Shown here: in pieces, positions 53,882 to 64,000 of the stretch
Position numbering within the stretch: position 1 is the stretch's first letter
Layout of the letters: every line of letters starts with the position of its first letter
NCBI GenBank assembly: GCA_963702475.1
Contig: CAVPCT010000005.1
Span: forward strand, 1,020,011 to 1,084,010
Length of the DNA stretch: 64,000 nucleotides
From: an uncultured Thermoleophilia bacterium
GTDB lineage: Bacteria > Actinomycetota > Thermoleophilia > UBA2241
Direction of reading: 5' to 3'
Program-made: the position numbers and the translations under genes
Notes under the pieces: generated by a model
The model's database searches: none
Told to the model about the DNA's origin: nothing
Seen by the model: only the letters and a program-made list of their open reading frames with translations

Positions 53882-55606
53882 TCAGTTCTGCACGATTCCG
53901 GAGCTGGCCCCGTAGTGGGTCCACATCTCCCCATCACCGGAATCGATGATGTGAGCCTTGGGGCAGTTGCGCAGATGAGCCGTCTCTACGCCGGCGATCT
54001 GCACGCTGTCGCCACCGATGTTGGAAGCAGCGCAGTTCGTCATCGTCACGTCGCTGGCCCAAGAGGCCATGAACCCGATCGTGCAGTCGTGCGCGTGGCA
54101 GTCCAAGAACGAGGAGTTGTCGATGCGCCATGCCATTGTCGGGTAGTCATAGTCGGTGAGGCCACCCAAGCGGAATCCGGTCACGCAGTCGTACGCCTCG
54201 CAGTTCGTGAACACGACGTTGTTGCCGTGGGTCGAATCGTGAGTCTGCTCGAAGACGGCCCAACCGGCGTTCTGATGGTCGTACGAGAGGCTGTTCTCGA
54301 CGAGGACGTTGCTGCAACTGAGGAAGTTGGTCCCGGAGTAGCTGTGGTGGAGCGTCACGTCGTTGATACGGACGTTCGCACACTCGTAGAACTTGATGCC
54401 GTCAGCCTGTCCGTTGCTGCCGGAGTGATAGGCGGTTAGGCCCTCGACGCCGATGTTCGTCTGGTTCTTGGCACAGATGATGCTCGCTCCCTTGGAGCAG
54501 GTGCAGTTGATGACGGTGCTGGCAGACCCCGCCCCTAGCAGGTGAACGCCGTGTCTGAGTTCGATGCAGCCGCCGTCCCACGGGGTGAAGCCGTGTCCCA
54601 TATCGACGACGTATGTCCCGGCGGGCATGTAGACGAGGCCGCCACCGGCTGCGGAACAGGCGTCAATCGCCGCCTGGATGCTCGCCACGTCGTCGGTCAC
54701 ACCGTCGGCGTGCGCACCGTAGTCCATGACGTTGAAGGCGCCTGCAGGCCCGTTCGTCGGCGTCGGGGTCACCGTCGGGGCGGGCGTCGGGGCGGGGGTC
54801 GGCGACGGCGCGGGCGTCGGGGTCACCGTCGGGGCGGGCGTCGGGGTGGGGGTCGGCGACGGCGCGGGCGTCGGGGTCACCGTCGGGGCGGGCGTCGGGG
54901 TGGGGGTCGGCGACGGCGCGGGCGTCGGGGTCACCGTCGCGGCGGGCGTCGGGGTGGGGGTCGGCGACGGCGCGGGCGTCGGGGTCACCGTCGGGGCGGG
55001 CGTCGGGGTGGGGGTCGGCGACGGCGCGGGCGTCGGGGTCACCGTCGGGGCGGGCGTCGGCGACGGCGCGGGCGTCGGGGTCACCGTCGGGGCGGGCGTC
55101 GGGGTGGGAGTCGGGGTGGGCCCTTCCTGCAAGCGATCTCGGACGTCCTGGTCGAGCACGCGCAAGTCGCCAGCTAGAGTGCTAATCTTCCGCGCAATCA
55201 CGCTGTGCTGCCAAGGGAGCACCTTCTGGCTCAATCGCCAGGCGTCGCCGTGCAGGTGCAGTACCCGGGCGTTGAGACCGAGAAGAGCGCTGTACGTCGC
55301 GTGGTCCGTATCGGCTAGATCCAGGGCTTGGCGGTTCAGGTCGTTGACGCTGCGTGTCAGGCTGATCACCCGCCAGTCAGTCCGGATCACGCGGTTGCGG
55401 ATCCGCGGGCCCCGATGAACGGCCTTCGCACGGCTCGACAGGTTGTCGATCTGTCTGTGGAGGGACGAAGTCGTCTGCGCGAGTCCCACTCTGCGTGGTT
55501 CGAGGTCCGTGCCAACTGATGCACCACGTGCCGGAGACGCGGACAGGACCGCGGTGAAAACGAAGACGCTCGCGAAGATGGCTATTCCTGCCTTGGCCGT
55601 GATCAC
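53882..55606 (-). CDS. Secreted protein: coiled-coil N-domain, long Pro/Thr linker, pectate-lyase-like beta-helix
   Basis: GGGGAGG RBS, signal peptide and [16 protein letters not shown]...VYMPAGTY. Confidence 0.88.
   Translation of the reverse strand: MITAKAGIAIFASVFVFTAVLSASPARGASVGTDLEPRRVGLAQTTSSLHRQIDNLSSRAKAVHRGPRIRNRVIRTDWRVISLTRSVNDLNRQALDLADTDHATYSALLGLNARVLHLHGDAWRLSQKVLPWQHSVIARKISTLAGDLRVLDQDVRDRLQEGPTPTPTPTPAPTVTPTPAPSPTPAPTVTPTPAPSPTPTPTPAPTVTPTPAPSPTPTPTPAATVTPTPAPSPTPTPTPAPTVTPTPAPSPTPTPTPAPTVTPTPAPSPTPAPTPAPTVTPTPTNGPAGAFNVMDYGAHADGVTDDVASIQAAIDACSAAGGGLVYMPAGTYVVDMGHGFTPWDGGCIELRHGVHLLGAGSASTVINCTCSKGASIICAKNQTNIGVEGLTAYHSGSNGQADGIKFYECANVRINDVTLHHSYSGTNFLSCSNVLVENSLSYDHQNAGWAVFEQTHDSTHGNNVVFTNCEAYDCVTGFRLGGLTDYDYPTMAWRIDNSSFLDCHAHDCTIGFMASWASDVTMTNCAASNIGGDSVQIAGVETAHLRNCPKAHIIDSGDGEMWTHYGASSGIVQN
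54756..55120. repeat. About 54-bp tandem repeat (roughly 7 units) encoding [18 protein letters not shown]
   Basis: Near-identical units within the CDS. Confidence 0.9.
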
Positions 55607-55668
55607 CCTAGCCTCCCCGCTGTCTGGGCGAAGCCAGAGGCGCCGGTTCTCGTTCGAGAGACTCAGGT

Positions 55669-55685
55669 TGTCGCACCAGCGCGAC
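55669..55685. promoter_or_regulatory. Palindromic GTCGC-N6-GCGAC motif
   Basis: TGTCGCACCAGCGCGAC about 63 bp upstream of the 55606 start. Confidence 0.4.
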
Positions 55686-55805
55686 GAGCTTCAGTCCGAT
55701 GTGCAGGCACAGCGCCGATAGGGGCACCTGGGTCAGGGAGTCGGCCGCACTTCGCATAGCTGAAGAGTCGAGCAAGAGTCAAGTGTACCCCACTGGGGCA
55801 ACGGT

Positions 55806-55830
55806 AGTTGGAGTTGGAGTTGGAGTTGGA
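55806..55830. repeat. (AGTTGG)4 microsatellite
   Basis: Read directly from the sequence. Confidence 0.85.
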
Positions 55831-56173
55831 CTCCAGTGCTCAACGCCAGAAGGGAGTACTCGAGTACGTAGACGCCCCAGAACGAGCCGGCACCTAGAGT
55901 CAGGCCAAGGGCGTTCACGAGGTAGAGCAGCGGGCCCTTGTTGTCGAAGGTGTCGCGGTAGGGCACCGCGCCCTTGAGCAGGTGCTGGCCGATGTAGAGG
56001 TAGACGCTCGAATCGCTGTGAGGTATGAAGTTTATCGGGTTGTGGACCGCGAACCAGAAGACCCCAAGCAGCAAGGCGAGTCCAATAGGCACGAGCGGTC
56101 CGACCAGCCGCGATCTGGCGCCCTCCTCGAGGAGCGTCACGTTCCCGACGTCACAGGTCACCCCCCACCTCAC
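55831..56173 (-). pseudogene. Truncated GT-C/ArnT-like membrane glycosyltransferase N-terminus
   Basis: TM followed by DSSVYLYIG...G.VPYRDTFDNKGPLLY; similarity ends at the microsatellite. Confidence 0.65.
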
Positions 56174-56469
56174 CGGTGACCGCCTCCGAAATCGAGGCGA
56201 AGTGCCGATTGCGGGTGCGCCGGTCGATTCCCGGACTGGTCCATGTGCTTCCCCAGGACCACTCCGCCGCCATACGCTGCATCGTCATCATGCAGTCGTC
56301 GGGCGTCGCTAGGCTTGCGTCCACGCGCGCGCCACCCAAGATCTCGCGCCGCGCCTGCAGGCTTGCTGATGGAACTCGCGCGCGCCCATCTTCCTCTCCT
56401 CTCCTCCACTGCAGGCTACACCCTCCCCGGCGTGGACGGGGGACGGGCCACGATCAGCCTGGCCGGTCA

Positions 56470-56640
56470 TCACCCTTCCCCCGCTGCTGACGAAGAACCG
56501 CCCAGATACACGAATGCAGCTTCTTCGCAGGCACCCCGGTGCTTCGGCTCGAACTGCCAGCGCAGGTGGAGACGACGGCGGTAGGTGCAGCGGGAGCCGT
56601 TCCAGTAGAGGCAGTCGCGGCAGGTGCGCCAGGCGGTCAT
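56470..56640 (-). CDS. Small Cys-rich hypothetical protein
   Basis: GAGGAGG RBS; 56 aa MTAWRTCRDCLYW...C...C. Confidence 0.45.
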   Translation of the reverse strand: MTAWRTCRDCLYWNGSRCTYRRRLHLRWQFEPKHRGACEEAAFVYLGGSSSAAGEG

Positions 56641-57236
56641 GCCCTCCTCTCCACTCTCGCCCCCACCCTTCTGAAGACGTCCCCAACCCATCCCCCCAAT
56701 CTTGGGACGGGTTGGACGGCATGAGGATCGAAGTTGGCAGCGCCTCCCCACCCATGATAGGCGAGGCGTTGTTCCCGCTCAGTCCGCCGTCCGGCGAGCG
56801 GTCGAGCCCATCCCCGACCACGGTCCCGGCGGGGCGCCACACCTTTGAGTCGCGCAGCTTGCCGTATCCCGTGCGTGTCTTCTCGACGCCCAGGTTGATA
56901 CGCGCGTCAGCAACCACGGGGGGGGGTTGACGCTCATTGCGTCCTCCCCGGCCGCCGCAGTTGAGTCGTCGTCAGCCTGCCGGTCGGCAGAGTCAGTAGA
57001 TACCTTGATCCGCGACCACTACCGGCTCAGCTCCTATTCACCGCCAGCCGCTGTGTGGCTTGGCTGCAGAGACGCGACCGCAACGGACCGCCACGTCATC
57101 AGCGCGAGTAGCCAGGGGGAAGCACACCACCCAGTGCTCTGAGCCGCTTCTGGTACCATCGCGACGTGATGCACACGGCGCCGAGGGGGGAGTCCCTGCT
57201 TGCCCGCATCTCGCTTCATCACGAAGCTGCTTCACA

Positions 57237-58110
57237 ATGACTGAGACGAGCTCGTTACCCATGAGCCGCGCCGCCGGTCGGGGAGCGACGGAGCGGCGCC
57301 GCATCGTGCCGCGCCGCGGCTGGTCATCGCTGCGCTTCAGGGAGCTCTGGGAGTACCGCGAGCTGGTCTACTTCTTCACGTGGCGCGACATTCTGATCCG
57401 CTACAAGCAGGCGGTACTCGGTGTGGCCTGGGCGGTGCTGCAGCCTCTTCGTGACCATGGTGGTGTTCACGGTGATACTCGGCAAGCTGCTCGGGCTCAC
57501 GTCGGGAAGCGATGTTCCTTACGCGTTGTTCGTCTTCACCGGGCTGCTGCCCTGGAACCTCTTCGCCGGGACCCTGACACGTGCAAGCATGAGCTTAGTA
57601 GCGAACGCGACCCTGCTCACCAAGGTGTATTTCCCTCGTCTCACATTGCCGCTGTCAGCAGTGCTGGGTGGCGTCGTGGATTTCGCCATTGCCTTCATCG
57701 TGTTGCTTGGACTCATGGCGTACTACGGCTACGCACTACGCTGGGAGATGCTTCTGCTGCCCGCCCTGACTCTGCTCTGCGTGCTGAGCACTCTCGCCCT
57801 GGCCGTCTGGCTGTCCGCGCTGAACGTCATGTATCGCGACGTCCAGTACATCATGCCGTTCTGTGTCCAACTCCTGTTCTTCGCCTCGCCGGTTGTCTAC
57901 CCGGTCACGGCAGTCCCGACAGGCGTGTGGACGCTCGTCTACGGTCTGAACCCAGTGGCCGGGGTCATCCAGGGGTTCCGATGGGCGATTCTGGGGGGAG
58001 CACCTCCCAGCGGTCTGCTGGCGATAGCGGTCTGCGTGGTTCTGACGCTCTTTATCACAGGACTGCTCTACTTCCAGCGCGTGGAGCGCCGCTTCGCGGA
58101 CGTCGTGTAG
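57237..58110 (+). CDS. wzm: ABC-2 polysaccharide exporter permease
   Basis: ELWEYREL..F.WRD...RYKQ..LG..WA.LQP, TKVYFPR, RDV and LNP motifs; frameshift near 57445. Confidence 0.92.
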
Positions 58111-58113
58111 ACA

Positions 58114-59463
58114 ATGGACGAGCCCGCCATCAGAGTGGAGGGACTTGGGAAGCGCTATCTCATCGGGATGGCACGAGACCGAAACCCCAACCTGCGCGAT
58201 ATCATCGCGCGGTCGGCTACGGCCCCATTCCGGCGTCTCAAGCATGGGGGGGCCTCGACCGGCGGCAAAGTCGAGTCGATTTGGGCTCTGCGCGACCTTA
58301 GTCTCGCGGTTCGTGAAGGCGAGATCCTAGGCATAGTCGGTCGCAACGGCTCCGGCAAGAGCACGCTTCTCAAGCTGCTTTCTCGAGTCACCGAGCCCAC
58401 CGCGGGAAGTATCGACCTCCTCGGCAGGGTGGGTAGCCTGTTGGAGGTTGGCACCGGATTCCACCCGGAACTGACCGGACGCGAGAACGTGTACCTGAAC
58501 GGTTCTATCCTCGGTATGCGTAGGACAGAGATCAGAGCAAGGTTCGAAGAGATCGTCGCTTTCTCAGAGGTCGGCAGGTACATCGACACGCCAGTCAAAC
58601 GGTACTCAAGTGGCATGTACGTGCGGTTGGCGTTCGCCGTCGCCGCCCACCTCGAGCCTGACATCCTTCTCGTCGACGAGATCCTTGCCGTAGGCGACTA
58701 CGACTTTCAGAACAAGTGCCTGGGCAAGATGGGAGATGTTGCCGGTCAAGGCAGAACCGTCCTCTTCGTCAGCCACAACATCGGCGCGGTCAGGAAGCTC
58801 TGCACCAGAGGACTGTGGCTCGATCAAGGCCGGGCGGTTATGCAGGGGCCGGTGGAGGACGTCGTTCGCAACTACTTGGGCGTAGGGAAGACGAGCTCGA
58901 CAGAGCGGGTGTGGTCCGGAAGGGGAGCGCCCTGGAGATGATGCTTTGCGCCTTTGTCACGTTCGCGTCTGCCAGCCACCGGGTGTTGTGGCGGAGTTTG
59001 TCGACATCACAGAGCCATTTCAGCTGGCTTTCGAGGCTGAAGTCGAGGTGCCGGAGCGGGACGTATCGCTGGGTTCCGCGTGCTCAGCCCAGATGGTCAA
59101 GTCATAGTCCACACCGCGGAGGCCATGGGCGATTCTCCTGTCCAGAGGACGCCTGGGAGGTGGGTGTCCACCTGCACTCTGCCGCCGTATGCCCTGAATG
59201 TCGGGACCTATGCGCTGTCGATTGAGGCTCAGATCCCTCACAAGCGCCGCATCTTCTCGGAGGACGGCGTCCTCTCCTGGACCGTTGCGGGGACTTCGCC
59301 CGGCATGAGTCGCTATCCAACAGGCTTCTGGTCTGGCTTTCTGGGGCCTGGCATTGCAGCTTGGTCGACGCGCAAGTCAGAGCCTCACGTCTCGGACCCG
59401 CAGGTGACCCGGGTGCGACTTCTCCCGGCCACTGCTCGCGCCGAGGGTCGACGCTTCCAGTGA
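58114..59463 (+). CDS. wzt: ABC polysaccharide exporter ATPase with Wzt C-terminal domain
   Basis: GRNGSGKST, YSSGMYVRLAF, VDE.LAVGD and VSH motifs; frameshifts after about 58925. Confidence 0.92.
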
Positions 59464-59764
59464 AGGACAACCTGACAGCCTTGCTGTCTTCGCCCGGGTT
59501 TGGCGGGCATCGTCAAGTCCGGGTCAAGAGCCGTGGACCAGGCCTGACGTACACCTGCGGCGATTGGATCGAGCTCAGGCTCCAGTTCGAGAGGCCTGGT
59601 GCGCAGCCCACAGAGTGACTTTCAAGCGAGCACGCGCCGGTTCATCAACGTGCTTCTCGCGAGAGCAGGTCCATGCCGCACTGTCGTTTGCCGTCGGCGA
59701 CTGCTGGATCGGGTGCGACCTGCCCGGCCGCGGCACTTCGAGCCTCGGAACGGGAGGCGGACGC

Positions 59765-61182
59765 ATGAGCTTGCTGCGGATTGCAGTGCCCCTGGCGTTA
59801 CTCGCGCTCTTCCTCTGGAGAGCGAGGACGAGCCCGATCTATCTCCTGGGCATTCCCTTCCTGCAGATCATGGGCCAGTCTGTGTTTATGGAGCACCTGA
59901 GGGTGTTCGAGATGGGTGCCCGTTTCGGGCAGCAGGTGCCGATGATGACTTGGCTTCTCGTATGCTGGCTTGTATGCCTTGCGCTGCCATCGAAGCCAGC
60001 CGAGCGGCATCGAGATCCACTGCTGCGACAAGGGTTCCCCCTCCTTCCTGAGGAGATTTTGCTACTCCTCGTCGGAGCAGTCGCCTCGGGTCACGTGCTC
60101 TACCAGTTCGCGTTGTCAGGGGACGCGAGAAGCGCAGTGGGCAGCGCCCTGGGGTTCATGTCGATGATCCTCGGCTACTTCCTCGTGCGGGACATCGTGG
60201 GCCGCGCAACGCGGAGTGATGTGGTGGGCTTCCTCGGGCTGGTGGTGATCGCCAACACCGTAGCTGCCGGCCTGTACGTGCTGCACCAGGGGTTCCATCT
60301 TCACATCTACGAGGGCGCCGAGTTCTTCACCACCGTCTTTGGCGGCCAGGTCCTCACCCGCAGCTTCTGGATCGCACCGCAATTGACCATTCTCGCGTTG
60401 AGCTATGTGCTCGCGCGCAAGGAGTGGAAGGGGCCCTGGCTGGCCGTCCTTGTCATCACGGCGCTGTCTGTCTGGGTGTCGTACACACGGACTCTGCTGC
60501 TCGTCGTCCTGGTCGCCGTCGTTGTCGCTCTCCTGGCGCGCGAGCTGCATCGGCCGGACTTGGCTCGCTTTCTCCGGCGAGCGATCGGTATCGCTGCCGT
60601 TGGCATCATCCTATTTGCGGTCGTGATGGCCGCGTTGCCCACGGAGTCGCGGTTCTTCGGTCAGCGTATCGGGGAGCTGTCCGTCGCGCTTCGGGGGGCG
60701 ATGTGGCCGAACTGGGCTCTGCGAGTGGATCGCTTCGTGTCGACCGAGAGGACCATCGCACAGAAGAACATCCTCTTCGGCGCCGGCTTCCCACCCCCAC
60801 CTGCGCCGCAGGCTGAGCAGGCCTACCTCTGGTCTGCGGACATGGCGTGGATTGCGGTGGTCTACCGGTTCGGGCTCGCCGGGACGGCGCTGTTCGGCAT
60901 GATGTTCGTCGCGTTCGGTTGGCGAGCCTATCGCCTCTTCAAGGCGAACTCCGGAGACGCTGCCTACCTGGCGCTCGTGTACCTGATCACGATCGTATTG
61001 GCGTTCTTGACCAGCTTCACGGGCCGGGGCTTCATGACACCCTTTGCGTATCCGCTGGGTCTGTGGTGTTTGCCTTGATAGCGGCGGAGACCCTGCGACA
61101 AGAAGCCCTCGGCGCACTCCCGGCTTCGCAGCTCGCAGGTGGCCCCGTGAGTTGGCCACGCCTCTCGGATCGCATGCGGTGA
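59765..61182 (+). CDS. Wzy/O-antigen-ligase-like membrane protein
   Basis: GGGAGG RBS, many TMs, SYTRT, LFGAGF and DMAW...YRFGLAG motifs; frameshift near the 3' end. Confidence 0.7.
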
Positions 61183-62295
61183 GTCTGCCGCAACCCCCGC
61201 ACCTTACCGCTGAGTCCGCCAGACGGACACCCGAGGTCTCAGCCCGTGAAGCGGCCGTCTGCCCCGTATCACGTTCGGCATCATCGTGCTGAACGGTGAG
61301 CCGTTCTCCCGCTATTGTCTGCGCTCGCTGTACCCTTCGCTCACGAGATCATCGTCGTCGAGGGCGGGCACGAGGATACGAGAGCCGTCACGACTCCCGA
61401 TGGCCATTCCATCGACGGTACTCTCGAGGCGCTGCAGCGGTTCCGTGACGAAGAGGATCCGGAGGGCAAGGTCACAGATCGTCACTCGTGACGGGTTCTG
61501 GCCGAAGAAGGACGAGCTGGGCCGCGACCGCACCCCGCAGTCACGAGCCTACGCCGAGTTAGCTACGGGCGACTACCTCTGGCAGGTCGACATCGATGAG
61601 TTCTATCGGGATACCGACACGCGTGCCGTGCTGGACATGCTTGCGGAAGATCCATCGATCACCGCTGTGTCCTTCCCGGAGATCGCCTTCTGGGGCGACA
61701 TCCGATACGTCGCAATGGATGGGCCCAGAGAGCGACAGACTGCCGTGTCACAGGCTCTTCAAATGGGGACCCGGCTATAAGTATGTGACGCATGAGCCAC
61801 CGACAGTACACGACGCTGCCGGTCGCGATCTGCGCCAACTCAGGTGGATCACCCCCGACGACACGGCCGGTCGGGGCATCCACATGTACCACTACGCCCT
61901 CCTCTTTCCCTGCCAAGTCAGGAAGAAGACTCCATCTACAGGCAGGAGAAACTGAGGCTGTTCTGGCATCCTCGCGTGGGCCAGAACAACTACTTCCGTC
62001 TCGAGAAACCTTTCCGAGTGCACAACGTCATGGATCCCCAAGCTGGCTCGAGAGATACTCGGGAGATCACCCGGCACAAGTCTCGCGGATGATGGAAGAT
62101 GTGCGTGCTAGCCGGGTGGCCGCTGTGACCCGCCGGAATGCGGACGTGGAGAAGTTGGTGGATTCGTGGTGGTACCCACTGGGCAAAGAAGCCCTCAAGG
62201 CGTTGGACCATGCAGATCGGGCTGCTCGAGGTGCACGACGCCTCGTCGGCGGACTCGACACCGCATTCCCGGCAAGTGAAGGGCTAGTCTCGTGA
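61179..62295 (+). CDS. GT2 glycosyltransferase
   Basis: ITFGIIVLNGE, IIVVEGG, SIDGT and WQVDIDEFY motifs; multiple frameshifts. Confidence 0.75.
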
Positions 62296-63581
62296 GGGTT
62301 CTCTGGTTCGTCAACAAGCCCCTTCCGCCGGTCACACGGAGACTCGGTCTGGCCGACATGCACGGCGGCGGCTGGCTGGACGGTCTCGAGCAAGGACTTC
62401 GCAGCCGTCCAGAGGTTCAGCTGGCGGTGGCTTCGCTGGGCCCGAAAGCTACCCCCCCTTCGAGGACAACGGGGTGGTCTACTACAGTCTCGGCTCCGGC
62501 GAGCCCACCTCGGGCGCGGCCCGCGTCGCGAGACGCTGGCACGGCGTTCTGAAGCCAGACGCAGGCCTGACCGACTGCTTGAAGGTCGTTGCCGATTTCG
62601 GGCCCGACCTCGTACACGTCCACGGAACTGAGTACTCGTTTGGCCTGCTGTGCAGCCAGGTGCCGATGCCGAGCGTGATCTCTATCCAAGGGTTCTTGAC
62701 TCTGTGTGAGAGGATGGGACTGCGAGGTATCGACGCCAGCCTGCTCCGGTCCCTGTCACCGACGCTCTTGATGCGCGGCGAGTGCTCACCCGTATCCAGA
62801 TGAGACCGGCGGCACAACGTGAGCGGCGCATCATAGCTGGATGCAGGAACTTTATCGGTCGGACACGCTTCGACGAGGACGTGGTGCGGGCGCTCGACCC
62901 AGCGGCTGGGTCCTTCCCACACGACGATCGCATCCTCCGCCCCGAGTTCCATGAGGTTGCCTGGTCTGTTGAGGCGGCGCGTGAGCCGATCGTCTATTCC
63001 ACTGCTGGGGTGTACGCGCGCAAGGGTGTTCACTCTCCTCGAGGCGACCGCCCTACTGAGAAACGGTGCGGTACCCGGAATACGGGTGCGCATCGGGGGA
63101 AGCCTGGGCCATCCTGAGGAGGATCTGCGGGCGACGCGGCATCGCATCAGGAAGCTCGCTCTGGAGGATAGTGTCGCCCTACTCGGCGGACTCACGCCGC
63201 GCGAGATCGCCGTTGAGTTGTGCCGCACGAGGGTCTTCGTGTTGCCATCCCACGGCGAGAACTCACCGAACACTCTTGCGGAGGCCATGCTCGTCGGCAC
63301 CCCTTGCGTTGCGAGCGCGGTCGGAGTGGGGAGTGCCTTCGCTGGCCCGGGACGGCGTCGAAGCTCTGCTTGTTCAGGACGGAGATCCCTATGCTCTTGC
63401 CGGAGCGATGCTGCGCATCCTCTCCGATGACGAACTCGCGTCGGAGCTCGGGCGCCGCGCGCGCGAGACTGCGCGAACGCGCCACGATTCTGAGCGGATA
63501 GTGGCGCGACTGATGGAAACGTACCGGACGGATCACCTCAGAAGCCGCCAAGCCCGGTGGTGCTCGCACCCGGCGGGATGA
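62292..63581 (+). CDS. GT4 glycosyltransferase
   Basis: RVLWF...GGGW, PDLVHVHGTE, ISIQG and ENSPNTLAEAMLVG motifs; multiple frameshifts. Confidence 0.82.
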
Positions 63582-63603
63582 CCCGCCAGCGGGGCGCACC
63601 CAG

Positions 63604-64000
63604 CTAAAGGTCCTTCACCACCCTTGCGGGGTTTCCCGCAACGAGCACGCCCCCGCAGGGACCGGCTGCGTGACCACGCTCCCGGCGGCGATGACAGACG
63701 CTTCGCCGATGGTCACGCCCTTGAGGATGGTCGCGTTCATCCCGATCCAGACATCCTTGGCTATGTGAACCGGGTCGTGTGCGGCCGGGACCGCGACGGT
63801 CCTCAGGATGCAGGCCGTGCCAGTCTGTGTCGGTGATGGTCACATTGGCTCCGCAGACGACGCGATCCTCCAGCACGATGCTTTCCGCCGCCGCAAGAAC
63901 CGAACCGCTGAGGCCGCAGTTCCTTTCCGAGCCTCAGCTCTGCCGCTGCAAGGGTGCTCAGCATGCAAGGCCGGTTGAGTCCCGCCCGGGTCGACCACAC
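63604..64000 (-). CDS. Hexapeptide-repeat O-acetyltransferase (5' partial)
   Basis: [28 protein letters not shown] and AGNPARVVK motifs; frameshifted. Confidence 0.8.

Overview
High-GC bacterial DNA, most likely actinobacterial (possibly Thermoleophilia-like; this is inferred from IS types and secreted-protein architecture). Almost the whole window is a large cell-surface or exopolysaccharide locus. It has a priming sugar-phosphate transferase, a Wzc-like co-polymerase, a Wzx flippase, two Wzy/O-antigen-ligase-like proteins, a Wzm/Wzt ABC exporter, several GT4/GT2 glycosyltransferases and many nucleotide-sugar enzymes. Tailoring enzymes are unusually numerous: AT3 and hexapeptide acyltransferases, a CapK-like ligase, an adenylating ligase, ACP, AsnB, a NadE paralog and a radical SAM protein. 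The locus also carries a self-contained ArnC/ArnE-F/GT-C-like lipid-linked glycosylation module fed by a dehydratase, aminotransferase and GNAT, plus a family of modular secreted proteins that share domains I cannot name. Two IS982 copies, IS3 remnants and several gene fossils interrupt it. Many genes, including housekeeping-type ones, are split by single-base frameshifts, which most likely reflects uncorrected long-read errors. Gene boundaries given here therefore join the fragments and are approximate. I found no rRNA, tRNA or CRISPR array.
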